Shown piece after piece: positions 1 through 9,954 of a stretch of 64,000 nt of DNA. Below the pieces are notes generated by a model. It saw only the letters and a list, made by a program, of their open reading frames with translations. It ran no database searches and was not told where the DNA came from. The position numbers and the translations under genes were made by a program. Numbering within the stretch: the stretch's first letter is position 1; each line of letters starts with the position of its first letter. Origin of the DNA: Candidatus Sumerlaeaceae bacterium (GTDB taxonomy: Bacteria; Sumerlaeota; Sumerlaeia; Sumerlaeales; Sumerlaeaceae); NCBI GenBank assembly GCA_051003195.1, contig JBPCLP010000025.1, positions 67,616-131,615 on the forward strand. Direction: 5' to 3'.

Positions 1-1075
1 CACCGCAAAGTGTTCTCCGAACATAACTTTCATTCTTAGAAAACAAATCAGCAGGGCCTGGAAACGTACTCGGCAGGCGTAAGCCGGAAAGATCCTTCCT
101 AAACGTGGCAAATTTTTCTTCGAGTTGCTTCGAAAGCTCTTCATCAAAATGCCGATTAAAGTTTTTCAAACGGTAACCGCCGGTTTTTTCCAGGCCGATA
201 CGGCACTTGATCGTCTGTGCGGTCCATATCACTTCGGCTTCACACGTGCGAAGTAAATTTTTACGCGCACGCTGCGGATCCAATTGATCGTACAATCTGG
301 CTGCGATCTCCTCGCTCGGTACGGGAACAGAGCTCATCAGCTTACTGCATACATCGAAGCAAATACCATCCAGCGCTACTCCTATCATTCCTTCCATCAT
401 GGAAGTGGTGGCGACCTTAAAGAATTCGGGCAGGTACATCCAATTCAGCAGTAGCGTATAGGCTCTGGTCGTATCGGAGTCAGCTACTGCAAGCCATACC
501 GCGGTTGGCAGCAATACGCGCGTTACCTGACGCGCATGAAACCCCTGCTTGAAGTAGACCGACTGCTCCGCGAAAGAAGCATAAGTCCACCCAAGCTCTT
601 CAATGCGGCACTTTTCGTGCAAAGTGAGCAACGCTTCGATTGGAGTGCTGTTAATATCTGAACAGACGATCAGGCTTTCGGTCGTGTAGTCGTTACTTCC
701 AAGGTAGCGTTTGACCCATTCCGGACCACTGAAGGGAACATTTCCGTCCGCCATTCTACTTGGTTTTTTGGAAACCAGGTCTTTGGGTTCGGCTCGCATA
801 GCCGAGAAAATACGGACAACTTCCGCGACACCTTCTCGCCCTCGTTCACTAGACGGATACTTCGCCTTGTAGGCCTCAAGTGTAGCAGCAATACCCGCCG
901 CTTCAACAACGGCAATCTGCTTTTTCTCTGCATCCAGGAACCAGCGATCAGAGTAATAGTTTTCCAGTAACGCCAGGCAAACTGCCAGGCAAACAAGCAG
1001 CAATCCACTGAGCACCCACAAGCGTTTACGACTGCGCCCCGCCGCAGCGGCAGTGCGGCCTACCGCGATCTTCAT
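1..1075 (-). CDS. hypothetical protein with N-terminal signal-anchor; C-terminal part lies beyond window start (partial)
   Basis: Reverse-strand frame is open from ATG at 1075 to position 1. Translation begins MKIAVGRTAAAAGRSRKRLWVLSGLLLVCLAVCLALLENYY. All in-frame tta/cta/tca triplets were checked and none is present. A basic N-terminus is followed by a hydrophobic helix. It is missing from the ORF track because no stop lies inside the window. No family recognised. Confidence 0.45.
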   Translation of the reverse strand, partial: MKIAVGRTAAAAGRSRKRLWVLSGLLLVCLAVCLALLENYYSDRWFLDAEKKQIAVVEAAGIAATLEAYKAKYPSSERGREGVAEVVRIFSAMRAEPKDLVSKKPSRMADGNVPFSGPEWVKRYLGSNDYTTESLIVCSDINSTPIEALLTLHEKCRIEELGWTYASFAEQSVYFKQGFHARQVTRVLLPTAVWLAVADSDTTRAYTLLLNWMYLPEFFKVATTSMMEGMIGVALDGICFDVCSKLMSSVPVPSEEIAARLYDQLDPQRARKNLLRTCEAEVIWTAQTIKCRIGLEKTGGYRLKNFNRHFDEELSKQLEEKFATFRKDLSGLRLPSTFPGPADLFSKNESYVRRTLCG

Positions 1076-1246
1076 CTGACTATTGTCGAGTTTGCGATAC
1101 GCATTCGCTGCATTCCGCGTTGCGAAACTTATCTAAGCAACTCCGGACCGCCCATGACTGGATAGTAATCTATCTCAATGGGTTCTGCCCGACCTTATAT
1201 CCGTCCATAATTCGGGCGATCGAAACAACTCGAATCGGAAAGCTAA

Positions 1247-2524
1247 CTACGCGCTTTCCTTCTTTTCGCGGGCGATGTATACGGGTTCGGCGCGTTTTTC
1301 AATCACGTCGAGATCGATCCGCACTTCTGAAAGTTCGCTGCTGCGTGTCGGAAGGTCGTACATGATTTCAAGCATGACAGATTCCAGGATCGCGCGAAGC
1401 CCACGGGCGCCTGTTTCCATCTTAATCGCTTTTTGCGCCACCATTGCAAGCGCTTCCTGGTCGAACGACAGCTCGACGCCTTCCAGTTCGAAGAACTTCT
1501 TGTACTGTTTGATGATTGCGTTCTTCGGCTCCTGCAGGATTTGAACGAGCTGCTCTTCGCCCAATTTCTCCAGCGTCGAAACGACGGGCAAACGTCCGAT
1601 GAATTCCGGGATGAAACCAAACTTGAGCATGTCCTGGTAAGTGACCTGTGCGAAGAGCGCGCCGACGTCGCGCTCTTTGCGCGATACAATGTCGGCCCCG
1701 AAACCCATGCTCTTGGCCGCGGTACGGTGTTCAATGATGCGGTCCAGGCCATTAAACGCGCCGCCGCAGATAAAGAGAATGTTTGTCGTATCGATCGTGA
1801 TGTATTCCTGGTGCGGGTGCTTGCGTCCGCCGCTGGGGGGGACGTTGGCGACGGTGCCTTCCAGGATTTTAAGCAGGGCCTGCTGGACGCCTTCGCCGCT
1901 GACGTCGCGCGTGATGGAAACGTTCTGGGTGGTGCGCGCGATTTTGTCGATCTCATCGATATAGACGATACCGCGCTCGGCCTTCTCCTTGTCGTTGCCG
2001 GCATTCTGCCAAAGTTTGAGCAGAATGTTCTCAACGTCCTCACCAACGTAGCCGGCCTGCGTCAGCGTTGTCGCGTCTGCAATGGCGAATGGAACATCGA
2101 GAATCCGCGCGAGAGTTTGCGCGATCAGCGTCTTGCCGCTGCCCGTGGGGCCAATCAGCAGGATGTTCGATTTCTCCAGTTCAACGTCGTCGTTGCCGTA
2201 GTTGAACATGATACGCTTGTAGTGGTTGTGCACGGCGACACTGAGGATTTTTTTGGTTTGTTCCTGGGAGATGACGTACTGGTCCAGCGCCTTCTTGATC
2301 TCGTGAGGCGTGGGCAGGCGCTTGATGTTTTCAAGTGCAGCCTCTTCGGCCTTGATGAGCTGCTCCTGGCGCAGGCGATCGCTACATTGCGTGATGCAGT
2401 CATCGCATATATAAACGCTGGTCATCGTCTCCTTGTTCGGCAGCCCGCGGAACAGCGTCTTTACCGAGTGCTGATCCTTGCCACAGAAGGAGCATTTTAA
2501 GCGCATGCAGTGAGCCTCTCCCAA
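1247..2524 (-). CDS. clpX: ATP-dependent Clp protease ATP-binding subunit ClpX
   Basis: N-terminal C4 zinc ribbon (CSFCGK...CDDC), Walker A motif [44 protein letters not shown], 425 aa with typical ClpX length and layout. Confidence 0.95.
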   Translation of the reverse strand: MGEAHCMRLKCSFCGKDQHSVKTLFRGLPNKETMTSVYICDDCITQCSDRLRQEQLIKAEEAALENIKRLPTPHEIKKALDQYVISQEQTKKILSVAVHNHYKRIMFNYGNDDVELEKSNILLIGPTGSGKTLIAQTLARILDVPFAIADATTLTQAGYVGEDVENILLKLWQNAGNDKEKAERGIVYIDEIDKIARTTQNVSITRDVSGEGVQQALLKILEGTVANVPPSGGRKHPHQEYITIDTTNILFICGGAFNGLDRIIEHRTAAKSMGFGADIVSRKERDVGALFAQVTYQDMLKFGFIPEFIGRLPVVSTLEKLGEEQLVQILQEPKNAIIKQYKKFFELEGVELSFDQEALAMVAQKAIKMETGARGLRAILESVMLEIMYDLPTRSSELSEVRIDLDVIEKRAEPVYIAREKKESA

Positions 2525-2753
2525 GAGTACAAATCACGCCGCGAAACCCACACCATGTGGAACTTACGTCGTCGTCCGGGAAGAATCTGCATGCCAGAAC
2601 ACAAACGGCAACAAAATCCTTCCGTAATTGTTAACCTTTAACGTTTTGGCGCATTCAGCAGCGCGCGATTGATTTTGGAAATAGCGTTTGGGGAAATGAC
2701 GAGTCGCGACGCATCTTGACTTTAGATGTGCCGGCTCCTGAACATTCTTTATT

Positions 2754-4049
2754 ATGAATCAACGGAACTTTCAGACCGCCCTGGCGCTTGTAACGACAAT
2801 GCTTTTGAGTTCGTGGTGTGCAGCCGATTGTACCTACATCTCGACTGGGCTGATACCACTGAACGAGCTCGGGTCTGCGTCGTACCAGGGAAGCGCTGGC
2901 GGGCTGTACCCCGGCGGAAGCAATACTCGCCCTGCAGCCCATCTAACTTCAGGCACCGCAATCGCCAGTACGGACGTACTGCCTCGAGATTCCAGCGGCA
3001 ACCCCGACACACTGGCAGGACGTATCGTGCTGATCTCGATTGGAATGTCGAACACGACGCAGGAATTCGGGTCAGGCGGATCCTGGTCGTTTAAGCCAAG
3101 GTCCGACGCAGACTTGTCTCGAGCGCCACTGGTTCGCATCGTTGATGGAGCCCAGGGCGGACAGACGGCGGCAGTGTGGGCGAACAGTAACGCCAACTGC
3201 TGGAATGTATTATCCAGTCGCCTTGTCGCCGCCGGTGTGACAACCGGCCAGGTCCAGCTCGCGTGGATCAAAATGGCCGACGCACAGCCCGCCCAGTATG
3301 GTGTTTTCCCCGCCCACGCGCAGTTGCTGAAAAGCGAGTACGCGCAGGTTATCCGCCTGGCCCGTGCCAAATACCCGAACATTAAGATCGCATATCTTTC
3401 GAGCCGCACTCGTGCCTGGCGCAACGATTCCACCGCACTGAATCCTGAGCCATACGCTTACGAATCAAACTTTGCGGTAAAGTGGGTCATTGACGATCAG
3501 ATTAACGGCATCGGGAACCTGAACTACGACGCAGCCGCGGGAGCGGTGGTGGCGCCGTGGCTGAGCTGGGGCCCCTACCTGTGGGCGGATGGGACAAATC
3601 CAAGATCGGACGGCCTGACATGGCTTTGCTCCGATACCACAAGCGATTTCACGCACCCGTCCGCGAGCGGGCAGGCCAAAGTCGCCAACCAGCTCATGGC
3701 GTGGTTCCATTGCGATACCACCGCGCGGCCATGGTACCTGAAGACTACCAGCAGCGGGGCGCAGCCACTTGTAAACGTGACACCCAGCACCTCGGCCGGC
3801 GCCGCGCCTCTCAGCGTCTCGTTTAATACCAGTGCGTCGGACTCTGACGGCACAATTGCTTCCACATGGTGGAGCTTCGATGACGGAGGCACGACTACGA
3901 CATTGAGCCCCACGAAGGTCTTCAAAGTTCCGGGAAGCTATAACGTCAGCGTCACCGTGGTCGATAATTCTGGAAACCATGCCAGCCAGACGATACCGAT
4001 CACCGTAACTCCACCCGCGGGCGTTCGCGATTGGTATGGGTATCACTGA
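2754..4049 (+). CDS. secreted SGNH/GDSL-type hydrolase-like protein with C-terminal PKD domain
   Basis: Signal peptide MNQRNFQTALALVTTMLLSSWCAADC. Block-I-like ISIGMSNT and block-V-like DFTHPS (DxxH) fit an SGNH esterase fold. C-terminal ~80 aa (PLSVSFNTSASDSDGTIASTWWSFDDGG...YNVSVTVVDNSGN) resembles a PKD domain. Confidence 0.65.
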   Translation: MNQRNFQTALALVTTMLLSSWCAADCTYISTGLIPLNELGSASYQGSAGGLYPGGSNTRPAAHLTSGTAIASTDVLPRDSSGNPDTLAGRIVLISIGMSNTTQEFGSGGSWSFKPRSDADLSRAPLVRIVDGAQGGQTAAVWANSNANCWNVLSSRLVAAGVTTGQVQLAWIKMADAQPAQYGVFPAHAQLLKSEYAQVIRLARAKYPNIKIAYLSSRTRAWRNDSTALNPEPYAYESNFAVKWVIDDQINGIGNLNYDAAAGAVVAPWLSWGPYLWADGTNPRSDGLTWLCSDTTSDFTHPSASGQAKVANQLMAWFHCDTTARPWYLKTTSSGAQPLVNVTPSTSAGAAPLSVSFNTSASDSDGTIASTWWSFDDGGTTTTLSPTKVFKVPGSYNVSVTVVDNSGNHASQTIPITVTPPAGVRDWYGYH

Positions 4050-4111
4050 GGTCTGGTTCTTCCAACTCACAACCGCCAGACGCAGAAAATCTTACCTGAG
4101 GTACCGATGGA

Positions 4112-5383
4112 TCAGGTATGCGAAGCTGCGCACCTCTGCCGTAGCTCGCCGGCCAGGCCGCAGAAATCCACCACGCGCTCAATCACCTCACCGATTGCGC
4201 GGTTCGGTGTGCTGGCCCCCGCGGTAAAGCCAACGCGCAGAGGCAATTTTGGCAGCCAGTTCTCCGCGGTCTCTACCTGGTGGCTGTCCCAACGCTTATG
4301 GCGTAGTTCCGTGGGTGAGACGAGGTGCGCTACGTCCTCGATGTGAAAGGCACGGGTATAGTGGTTGGCGATTTCAATGAGATGCGTGGTGTTCGAACTG
4401 TTAAAGCCGCCGACAACAAGGATCAGGTCGAGATCCCGCGCGACGAGTGCCTGCACAGCATCCTGCCGCTCCTGGGTGGCCGAGCAGATGGTGTCGAAAC
4501 TCCGGAAATGCGCGTCGAGTTCGCCCGCAGTGTACCGGTCGGCCATGGCCTGTTTAAGCATACCGGCTATTTCGAGGGATTCGCTGCTCAGCATCGTGGT
4601 CTGGTTGGCAACGCCGACACGCTGAAGGTCGCGCTCCGGATCGAAACCCGGCAATGTGGCTCTCGAAAATTTGTTTCGAATGACATCCACGGGCACCGTC
4701 CCGCGGATGAAGTCGCACACCAGTTGCGCTTCGTCCTTATCCCGAACCACGATGTACTGCCCGCCGGGAAACTGCGTGACGTGGCTGCTGGTGCCGATCG
4801 TTTCTTCATGCGAGTACTTGCCATGAATGACGGCGGTGAAACCCTCTTTCGCGTATTTCTCAACGCGCTTCCACACGTGAATGACGGATCCGCAGGTGGT
4901 GTCGACGATGGTGCAGCTACGCTTGCGCAGGGTCTCCACTTCCTGCACACTGGCGCCGAACGCCGGCAGTATGACCACATCATCGGGAGTGACCTCGTCG
5001 TAGCCGGTGTCACCCTTGTACTGGCCGGAGAGAAACTGGATGCCCATATCGAGGAGCCGGCGGTTTACGCGTGGGTTGTGGATGATTTCCGTCGTTAAAA
5101 AGATCCGCTTGTCCGGAAACATGCGGCGCGTCTGGTAAGCGTAATCGATGGCTTTGTCGACGCCGTAACAAAAGCCGAATTCGCGCGCCAGGTTGATCTC
5201 CAGCCCAGGCAGCTCGAGCGTGTAATCCGCCTGCTTAACGCAATCCACGATCTGGCACGTATAGTCACCCGATATGTCCTGCTCCACGGCGGATTTGAGC
5301 CCAAATCCGTGGCGGTAAATACCCGTAGCCGCATCGGGTTTACCAATGGGGGAAGGCTTCAGCGTAGCAGCGGGGTCAGTCAT
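4112..5383 (-). CDS. ispH: 4-hydroxy-3-methylbut-2-enyl diphosphate reductase, long form with N- and C-terminal extensions
   Basis: LytB motifs FGFCYGVDKAIDYAY and CGSVIHVWKRVEKYAKEGFTAVIHGKYSHEETIGTSSH. 423 aa versus ~310 for the short bacterial form. Confidence 0.9.
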   Translation of the reverse strand: MTDPAATLKPSPIGKPDAATGIYRHGFGLKSAVEQDISGDYTCQIVDCVKQADYTLELPGLEINLAREFGFCYGVDKAIDYAYQTRRMFPDKRIFLTTEIIHNPRVNRRLLDMGIQFLSGQYKGDTGYDEVTPDDVVILPAFGASVQEVETLRKRSCTIVDTTCGSVIHVWKRVEKYAKEGFTAVIHGKYSHEETIGTSSHVTQFPGGQYIVVRDKDEAQLVCDFIRGTVPVDVIRNKFSRATLPGFDPERDLQRVGVANQTTMLSSESLEIAGMLKQAMADRYTAGELDAHFRSFDTICSATQERQDAVQALVARDLDLILVVGGFNSSNTTHLIEIANHYTRAFHIEDVAHLVSPTELRHKRWDSHQVETAENWLPKLPLRVGFTAGASTPNRAIGEVIERVVDFCGLAGELRQRCAASHT

Positions 5384-5515
5384 GTCGGCATATGATACAG
5401 AACTGGAGAAAACTCATCCAAAAGAAAACGCACACCAGAGCATTGCTCAAGTGCGCGTGGATAAAATCAAGTCGACTGCGATCCAGCTTTGCGTGGTGTA
5501 CTCAACAGAATCCGT

Positions 5516-6241
5516 TTACGGGAATGTCTCGTTATACTTGTTTTGAATTCGATCAATAGAAGGCAAGCGGGACGCGTTAATTGGGCCCGGGGCCGAAGAA
5601 ACCCGAACGACATCTCCCCGGCTGACGGTTCCATTTGTTGGATCGTAGTCTAATCCAAAGGAGGCGTTTGCTCCCATTTGTCCGACATACCCCCCCCCGA
5701 AGAAGTTAACTTTGTCCGGCCCTGCCGACACAACCCTCCACGTCGCTCCGGAAGTCAGCCCTGCCCCACGCCAATTACCCGTAGTAGTGTCATACGCGGC
5801 GCCGTTGACAAAATCAAAGGCATTCCAGTAGTCAAAACTATCGTATTGGGTATCTAAGTCCCCAGTATTAGAAACGCCAAAACCTGACGGGCGAAAAACA
5901 TCCGGCGGAATCGACGTAATATACGCGATGGGAGTTGTCAGGCGTTTAAAGCGGCCACTTACCGCATTCTGATTCGTAATGGTGGAATTGATGACGCTTT
6001 CCCCGTTCCAAGGGCTCGCCTGCGCGGACGTCTTACCGAACTGGATAACTGTCATCGGCTTGTTCTCATCAACGGTGTAAGACTCAAGACCGGTGGCAAG
6101 AGTTCGCATGTCCGCCTTAGTTCTGGCGACTTTGGATCGCGTCTGCGCTTCCAGGAAATTTGGAACCGCAATAGCCGCAAGAATCGCGATGATTGCGACC
6201 ACAATTAAGAGCTCAATAAGCGTAAATCCTTTACGATGCAT
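5516..6241 (-). CDS. GspG-like pseudopilin (prepilin-type N-terminal cleavage/methylation domain protein)
   Basis: Short basic leader MHRKG followed by FTLIELLIVVAIIAILAAIAVPNFLEAQTRSKVARTKADMRTLATGLESY. A GGAGGA RBS lies upstream of the start on the minus strand. C-terminal YDPTNGTVSRGDV motif is shared with the 62118 paralog. Confidence 0.8.
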   Translation of the reverse strand: MHRKGFTLIELLIVVAIIAILAAIAVPNFLEAQTRSKVARTKADMRTLATGLESYTVDENKPMTVIQFGKTSAQASPWNGESVINSTITNQNAVSGRFKRLTTPIAYITSIPPDVFRPSGFGVSNTGDLDTQYDSFDYWNAFDFVNGAAYDTTTGNWRGAGLTSGATWRVVSAGPDKVNFFGGGYVGQMGANASFGLDYDPTNGTVSRGDVVRVSSAPGPINASRLPSIDRIQNKYNETFP

Positions 6242-6542
6242 GCCATCCTCCGGGAGGGAAATTTAGATGTCTTGTGGCAAACCGGGCTTTCGAGTGCAAG
6301 AAAAGAAATCAAGGCCCTGACAGCCAAATCATCCAAACCTCGAACAAAACCAATCGACGAACGCCATCCATCGAGCGCATCTCGCTCACAGCAGCTATCG
6401 CACGACTGGAATTCGTGAAATTCGTCAGGTTCGTGGATGCTTTCATCCTGATGAATACTTGAGCCTTTCGCCTTGCATTGGGCGCGGGGGCGTTTCGTGC
6501 TGCCCCGCGTTTACTTGATCTATTACAGGAGCCGATTTACCC

Positions 6543-7697
6543 ATGGCCAAGCGCCTGCTTTTTACCTCTGAGAGTGTCTCCGAAGGTCACCCGGACAAGG
6601 TTTGCGACCAGGTTTCCGACGCAATCCTGGATGCCTTGCTGGCGCAGGACCACAATAGCCGCGTGGCATGTGAATGCCTTGCGACAACGGGGCTCATTGT
6701 TGTCGCGGGCGAGATCACGACCAAGGCAAATGTGGACTACACCACGATTGCGCGCCAGACGGTAAAAGAAATCGGCTATACCTCCGACGACATGGGTATC
6801 AACGGCGACACATGCGGGGTGCTGATCGCGCTGGACCGCCAGTCGCCCGACATCGCCATGGGTGTGGACTCAAGCGCCGATAAGGAACAGGGGGCGGGCG
6901 ACCAGGGCATGATGTTCGGCTACGCAACCAGGGAGACCCCTGAGCTGATGCCGCTGCCAATCAGCATGTCGCACGAGCTGCTGCTGTTGCTCAGCCAATT
7001 GCGCCATTCGAAAAAGCTGCCCTACCTGCGCCCGGACGCCAAGAGCCAGGTGACGGTTGAATACGTGGACGGGAAGCCCGAGCGCATTCACACCATTGTT
7101 ATATCGACACAGCATTCACCCGATGTGGAAACAGGACAGATACGCGAAGACGTACTAAAGCACGTCATTCCGCAGGTCGGCGACAAACTTGGCTATTCGA
7201 CAAAAGACATCATCCTGCACGTAAACCCGACCGGTCGCTTCGTCGTTGGTGGACCGCACGGCGACACAGGGCTGACCGGTCGCAAAATCATCGTGGATAC
7301 GTACGGCGGAATGGGTCGGCACGGCGGCGGTGCATTCAGTGGCAAGGACCCCAGCAAGGTGGATCGCTCGGCAGCCTACGCCGCTCGGTGGGTTGCCAAA
7401 AATGTTGTTGCTGCCGATCTGGCGGAGAAATGCGAAGTGCAGGTGGCGTATGCCATCGGGGTCTCAAAGCCGGTCTCCATAAGCGTGAATGTGGATTCGT
7501 TCGGCACCGCGAAAATGGATGACGAAAAACTCACGAAACTTGTGGAGTCGTCGTTCGACTTATCCCCTCGCGCCATCATCCAGCAACTGGACCTGCGGCG
7601 CCCCGTATATAAGCCGACTGCGAGCTACGGCCATTTCGGTCGTACCGGTGATGGCTTTACATGGGAGCGGACAGACATGGTGGAACAACTGAAGTAA
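6543..7697 (+). CDS. metK: S-adenosylmethionine synthetase
   Basis: [33 protein letters not shown] plus glycine-rich [35 protein letters not shown] upstream. 384 aa. Confidence 0.95.
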   Translation: MAKRLLFTSESVSEGHPDKVCDQVSDAILDALLAQDHNSRVACECLATTGLIVVAGEITTKANVDYTTIARQTVKEIGYTSDDMGINGDTCGVLIALDRQSPDIAMGVDSSADKEQGAGDQGMMFGYATRETPELMPLPISMSHELLLLLSQLRHSKKLPYLRPDAKSQVTVEYVDGKPERIHTIVISTQHSPDVETGQIREDVLKHVIPQVGDKLGYSTKDIILHVNPTGRFVVGGPHGDTGLTGRKIIVDTYGGMGRHGGGAFSGKDPSKVDRSAAYAARWVAKNVVAADLAEKCEVQVAYAIGVSKPVSISVNVDSFGTAKMDDEKLTKLVESSFDLSPRAIIQQLDLRRPVYKPTASYGHFGRTGDGFTWERTDMVEQLK

Positions 7698-7815
7698 CCG
7701 GCAAAGCGCTCCACGAAGCACCGCAATCCGCATGGGAATGCCCGTCCTGCGGAATCTCTTGATCGCGTCTTAAATACGAATTCGTGTAAATGTGTGAGCC
7801 TCGTGGATACTGCCT

Positions 7816-9687
7816 GTGCTGCTTCGCACCTGCACGCGCGTGTTCATGCATAGTTCTAATCGCGCCACGGTGGGTACGCGTCAGTCGGCGCTCATGCGCT
7901 GGCTGATTCTTGCAGTTGTCGTAGTTTATGCATTCCGTTACCTGGGGCTGGCACTTCACCGCGCGCCTAACCCTGACGAGCTGCAAAGTCTTGTGAATGC
8001 ATTCGATCTTTCACGCGGCTTGCGGCTCTATCTCGATTTCTGGGACAATCACGGCCCCGCGCTGACGTGGCTGCTGGCGCCGCTGCTGCACTGGTGGCCG
8101 GACGATCATAACGTTTTCTTTGTCGCCCGGATGGTAGCATGGGGCATGGCAATGCTGACGGCATTGCTGGTTTACAAATGTGCGCAAGTCGCGTTTCCCT
8201 CAAGCCGGATTGTGGCACCCCTGGCCGCGCTGCTGTTTGTCGTATCGACACCGGTCATGGCGCACGGCATCGAGATTCGCCCCGATAACTGCGTGCTGTT
8301 ACTGTGGGCTGGTTGTCTTCTTGCGCTGATACACGGCATCCGAAGCGGCCGGGGGCGATGGTGGATGGTTGCAGGCTTGCTGCTTGGCTGCTGTGCCGTT
8401 TTCACGATCAAAGTGCTGCCGTTGTGCGTGTGCGTCATTCTACTTTTCGCCGGCGCGTGTTGGATCCGCAGGTATCAGGCAGATGAAAAATCGCCGGCAT
8501 TCGACCGCCCCTCAGTCCGCAACCTGCTTATGTTTGCGTCCGCGTTTAGTTTGCCGGTCGCCGTATTACTTGGGTGGATGTGGCTCTCCGGCTCGTTGGA
8601 AGCATGGTATCTTTGCGTTATCCAGGCGAACGTGGATCGGCAGGAACGCGCGGGGCTGAGCCCTTTTACTGAACTTTTCGAAGGTGCACCGATCTGGATC
8701 GGGTTGAGTTTTGCGAGCATCGGACTCGCATTGCGCCGCTGGATTGGCGGCCGTGCCGGCGCCGAACTTCTTCTCGTCGGGCCCGCCGCGTTTCTGCTTT
8801 TCCAGTTTGCGTTTCTGCTGCCGACCAAATTCTTGAGCTCACTGCTGTCGGCCCAGGTGCCACAGGCAATTCTAAGCGCCTGGTTCGTGTGCGAGCTTGC
8901 ATCCAAAGTAGCCGCGCGCGCACCCGAACCGCTGAGATGGCTCGCCGCGCAGTCTATGCTCCGAAGAGTTTCAGTGGCTGCAGTCTTTGCTGTGCTTGCG
9001 TTTGCAATGCGGTGGGAATGGCAGCGAGAAGAAGTAAGGTATGGCAGGTTTTATAATACAGAAGGCGTGGCGTATGTTAAGTTCGCCAATGACGTGGCCG
9101 GACGTTTCGGTCGCGGAGAGACTGGGTTTGATCCGAGTGGCTATGTTTTCCTGCGCGAAAAACCCGGGCTTTTCCACATCCTTGTTACTTTCATCAGGCG
9201 GATGCACAGCGAAGGCTTCATCGATCTGCAAATCCCGGCGCTGCTGCGCTCCAGCAATTGCAAATATGTAATTTACGATGCTCGTGCAAACAGTCTCAGA
9301 CCCCGGGATGTTGCGTATCTGCGCTCGCATTTTGTTCCGGTCGATCAAGTTACGATAGCGAAGCAACCGGCGGTCCTCGCAATTGCGGGGCACCGCAGCT
9401 CGCCATCGGGCCAGACAAGCGCGCCGATTTCGGCAGTGTACGCCGCCCATTGGAAATTGGGAACGAGGTGGCAACGGACTCCGCTCGGTTTCCACTCAGC
9501 AGGCAATAGCATAGGCATGCCGCCAAACGTATGGCTGCTCGCTGCTGACAATCGTCCCCGGTCCGCGCCCCCGGCGCAAATAACCGGCTGGTCCGCGTTC
9601 AAAGAAGCTGGTAGTGAAGAGCGTCCTGGCCGAGAGGCTGCACCCGCGTGGTTTACACGCTACAAGGCGATTGCTGTTGAGCGATGA
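7816..9687 (+). CDS. polytopic membrane protein, GT-C-fold (ArnT/PMT-like) putative glycosyltransferase with soluble C-terminal domain
   Basis: About 10 hydrophobic helices in the first ~330 aa. An acidic loop follows helix 1 (NPDELQSLVNAFDL). The real start is probably the internal Met near 7894 (MRWLILAVVVVYAF). Family assignment is weak. Confidence 0.5.
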   Translation: MLLRTCTRVFMHSSNRATVGTRQSALMRWLILAVVVVYAFRYLGLALHRAPNPDELQSLVNAFDLSRGLRLYLDFWDNHGPALTWLLAPLLHWWPDDHNVFFVARMVAWGMAMLTALLVYKCAQVAFPSSRIVAPLAALLFVVSTPVMAHGIEIRPDNCVLLLWAGCLLALIHGIRSGRGRWWMVAGLLLGCCAVFTIKVLPLCVCVILLFAGACWIRRYQADEKSPAFDRPSVRNLLMFASAFSLPVAVLLGWMWLSGSLEAWYLCVIQANVDRQERAGLSPFTELFEGAPIWIGLSFASIGLALRRWIGGRAGAELLLVGPAAFLLFQFAFLLPTKFLSSLLSAQVPQAILSAWFVCELASKVAARAPEPLRWLAAQSMLRRVSVAAVFAVLAFAMRWEWQREEVRYGRFYNTEGVAYVKFANDVAGRFGRGETGFDPSGYVFLREKPGLFHILVTFIRRMHSEGFIDLQIPALLRSSNCKYVIYDARANSLRPRDVAYLRSHFVPVDQVTIAKQPAVLAIAGHRSSPSGQTSAPISAVYAAHWKLGTRWQRTPLGFHSAGNSIGMPPNVWLLAADNRPRSAPPAQITGWSAFKEAGSEERPGREAAPAWFTRYKAIAVER

Positions 9688-9954
9688 GGGCCGCGATTTG
9701 CAGCATTAGTAGTGGAGCAGGAACACTGATTTTCCGGTAAACATTCGGCCTCTTTGTCAGTAGATGGAAAGGACTGCGGCTGCCCAGGGCTGTCTCGCGC
9801 GCGTAAGCTTCTCTTCGTAAGTACCGGCGTCTTGTACAACAGGTATAACTTACTTGACGTGCAGAGTACGGTAACCATAGATTTTACGCCAGAAGACGGC
9901 TGGTACGCCATCACTTGTCGCAGCCGCAGAAACAGATGTGGGAGCTAGATTCTT

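Noticed and set aside
1303-2500. Long ORFs antisense to or overlapping clpX (1433..2500 +, 355 aa; 1303..2046 -, 247 aa; 1641..1964 +)
   Set aside because: clpX on the minus strand has unmistakable motifs across the whole interval. The alternatives are low-complexity R/A/S-rich translations typical of wrong frames in high-GC DNA.
2700-2760. Possible sigma-70 promoter (TTGACT ... TATTAT) directly abutting the ATG at 2754, implying a leaderless mRNA
   Set aside because: Spacer between the hexamers is ~30 nt, far from the 16-18 nt optimum. Cannot be supported without TSS data.
4325-5098. 257-aa plus-strand ORF antisense to ispH
   Set aside because: ispH motifs occupy the minus strand. The antisense translation has no recognisable family.
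6247-6262. S-box-like GGAGGGA sequence in the metK upstream region
   Set aside because: On the opposite strand it is the Shine-Dalgarno (GGAGGA) of the divergent pseudopilin gene starting at 6241. Other SAM-I core elements were not found.
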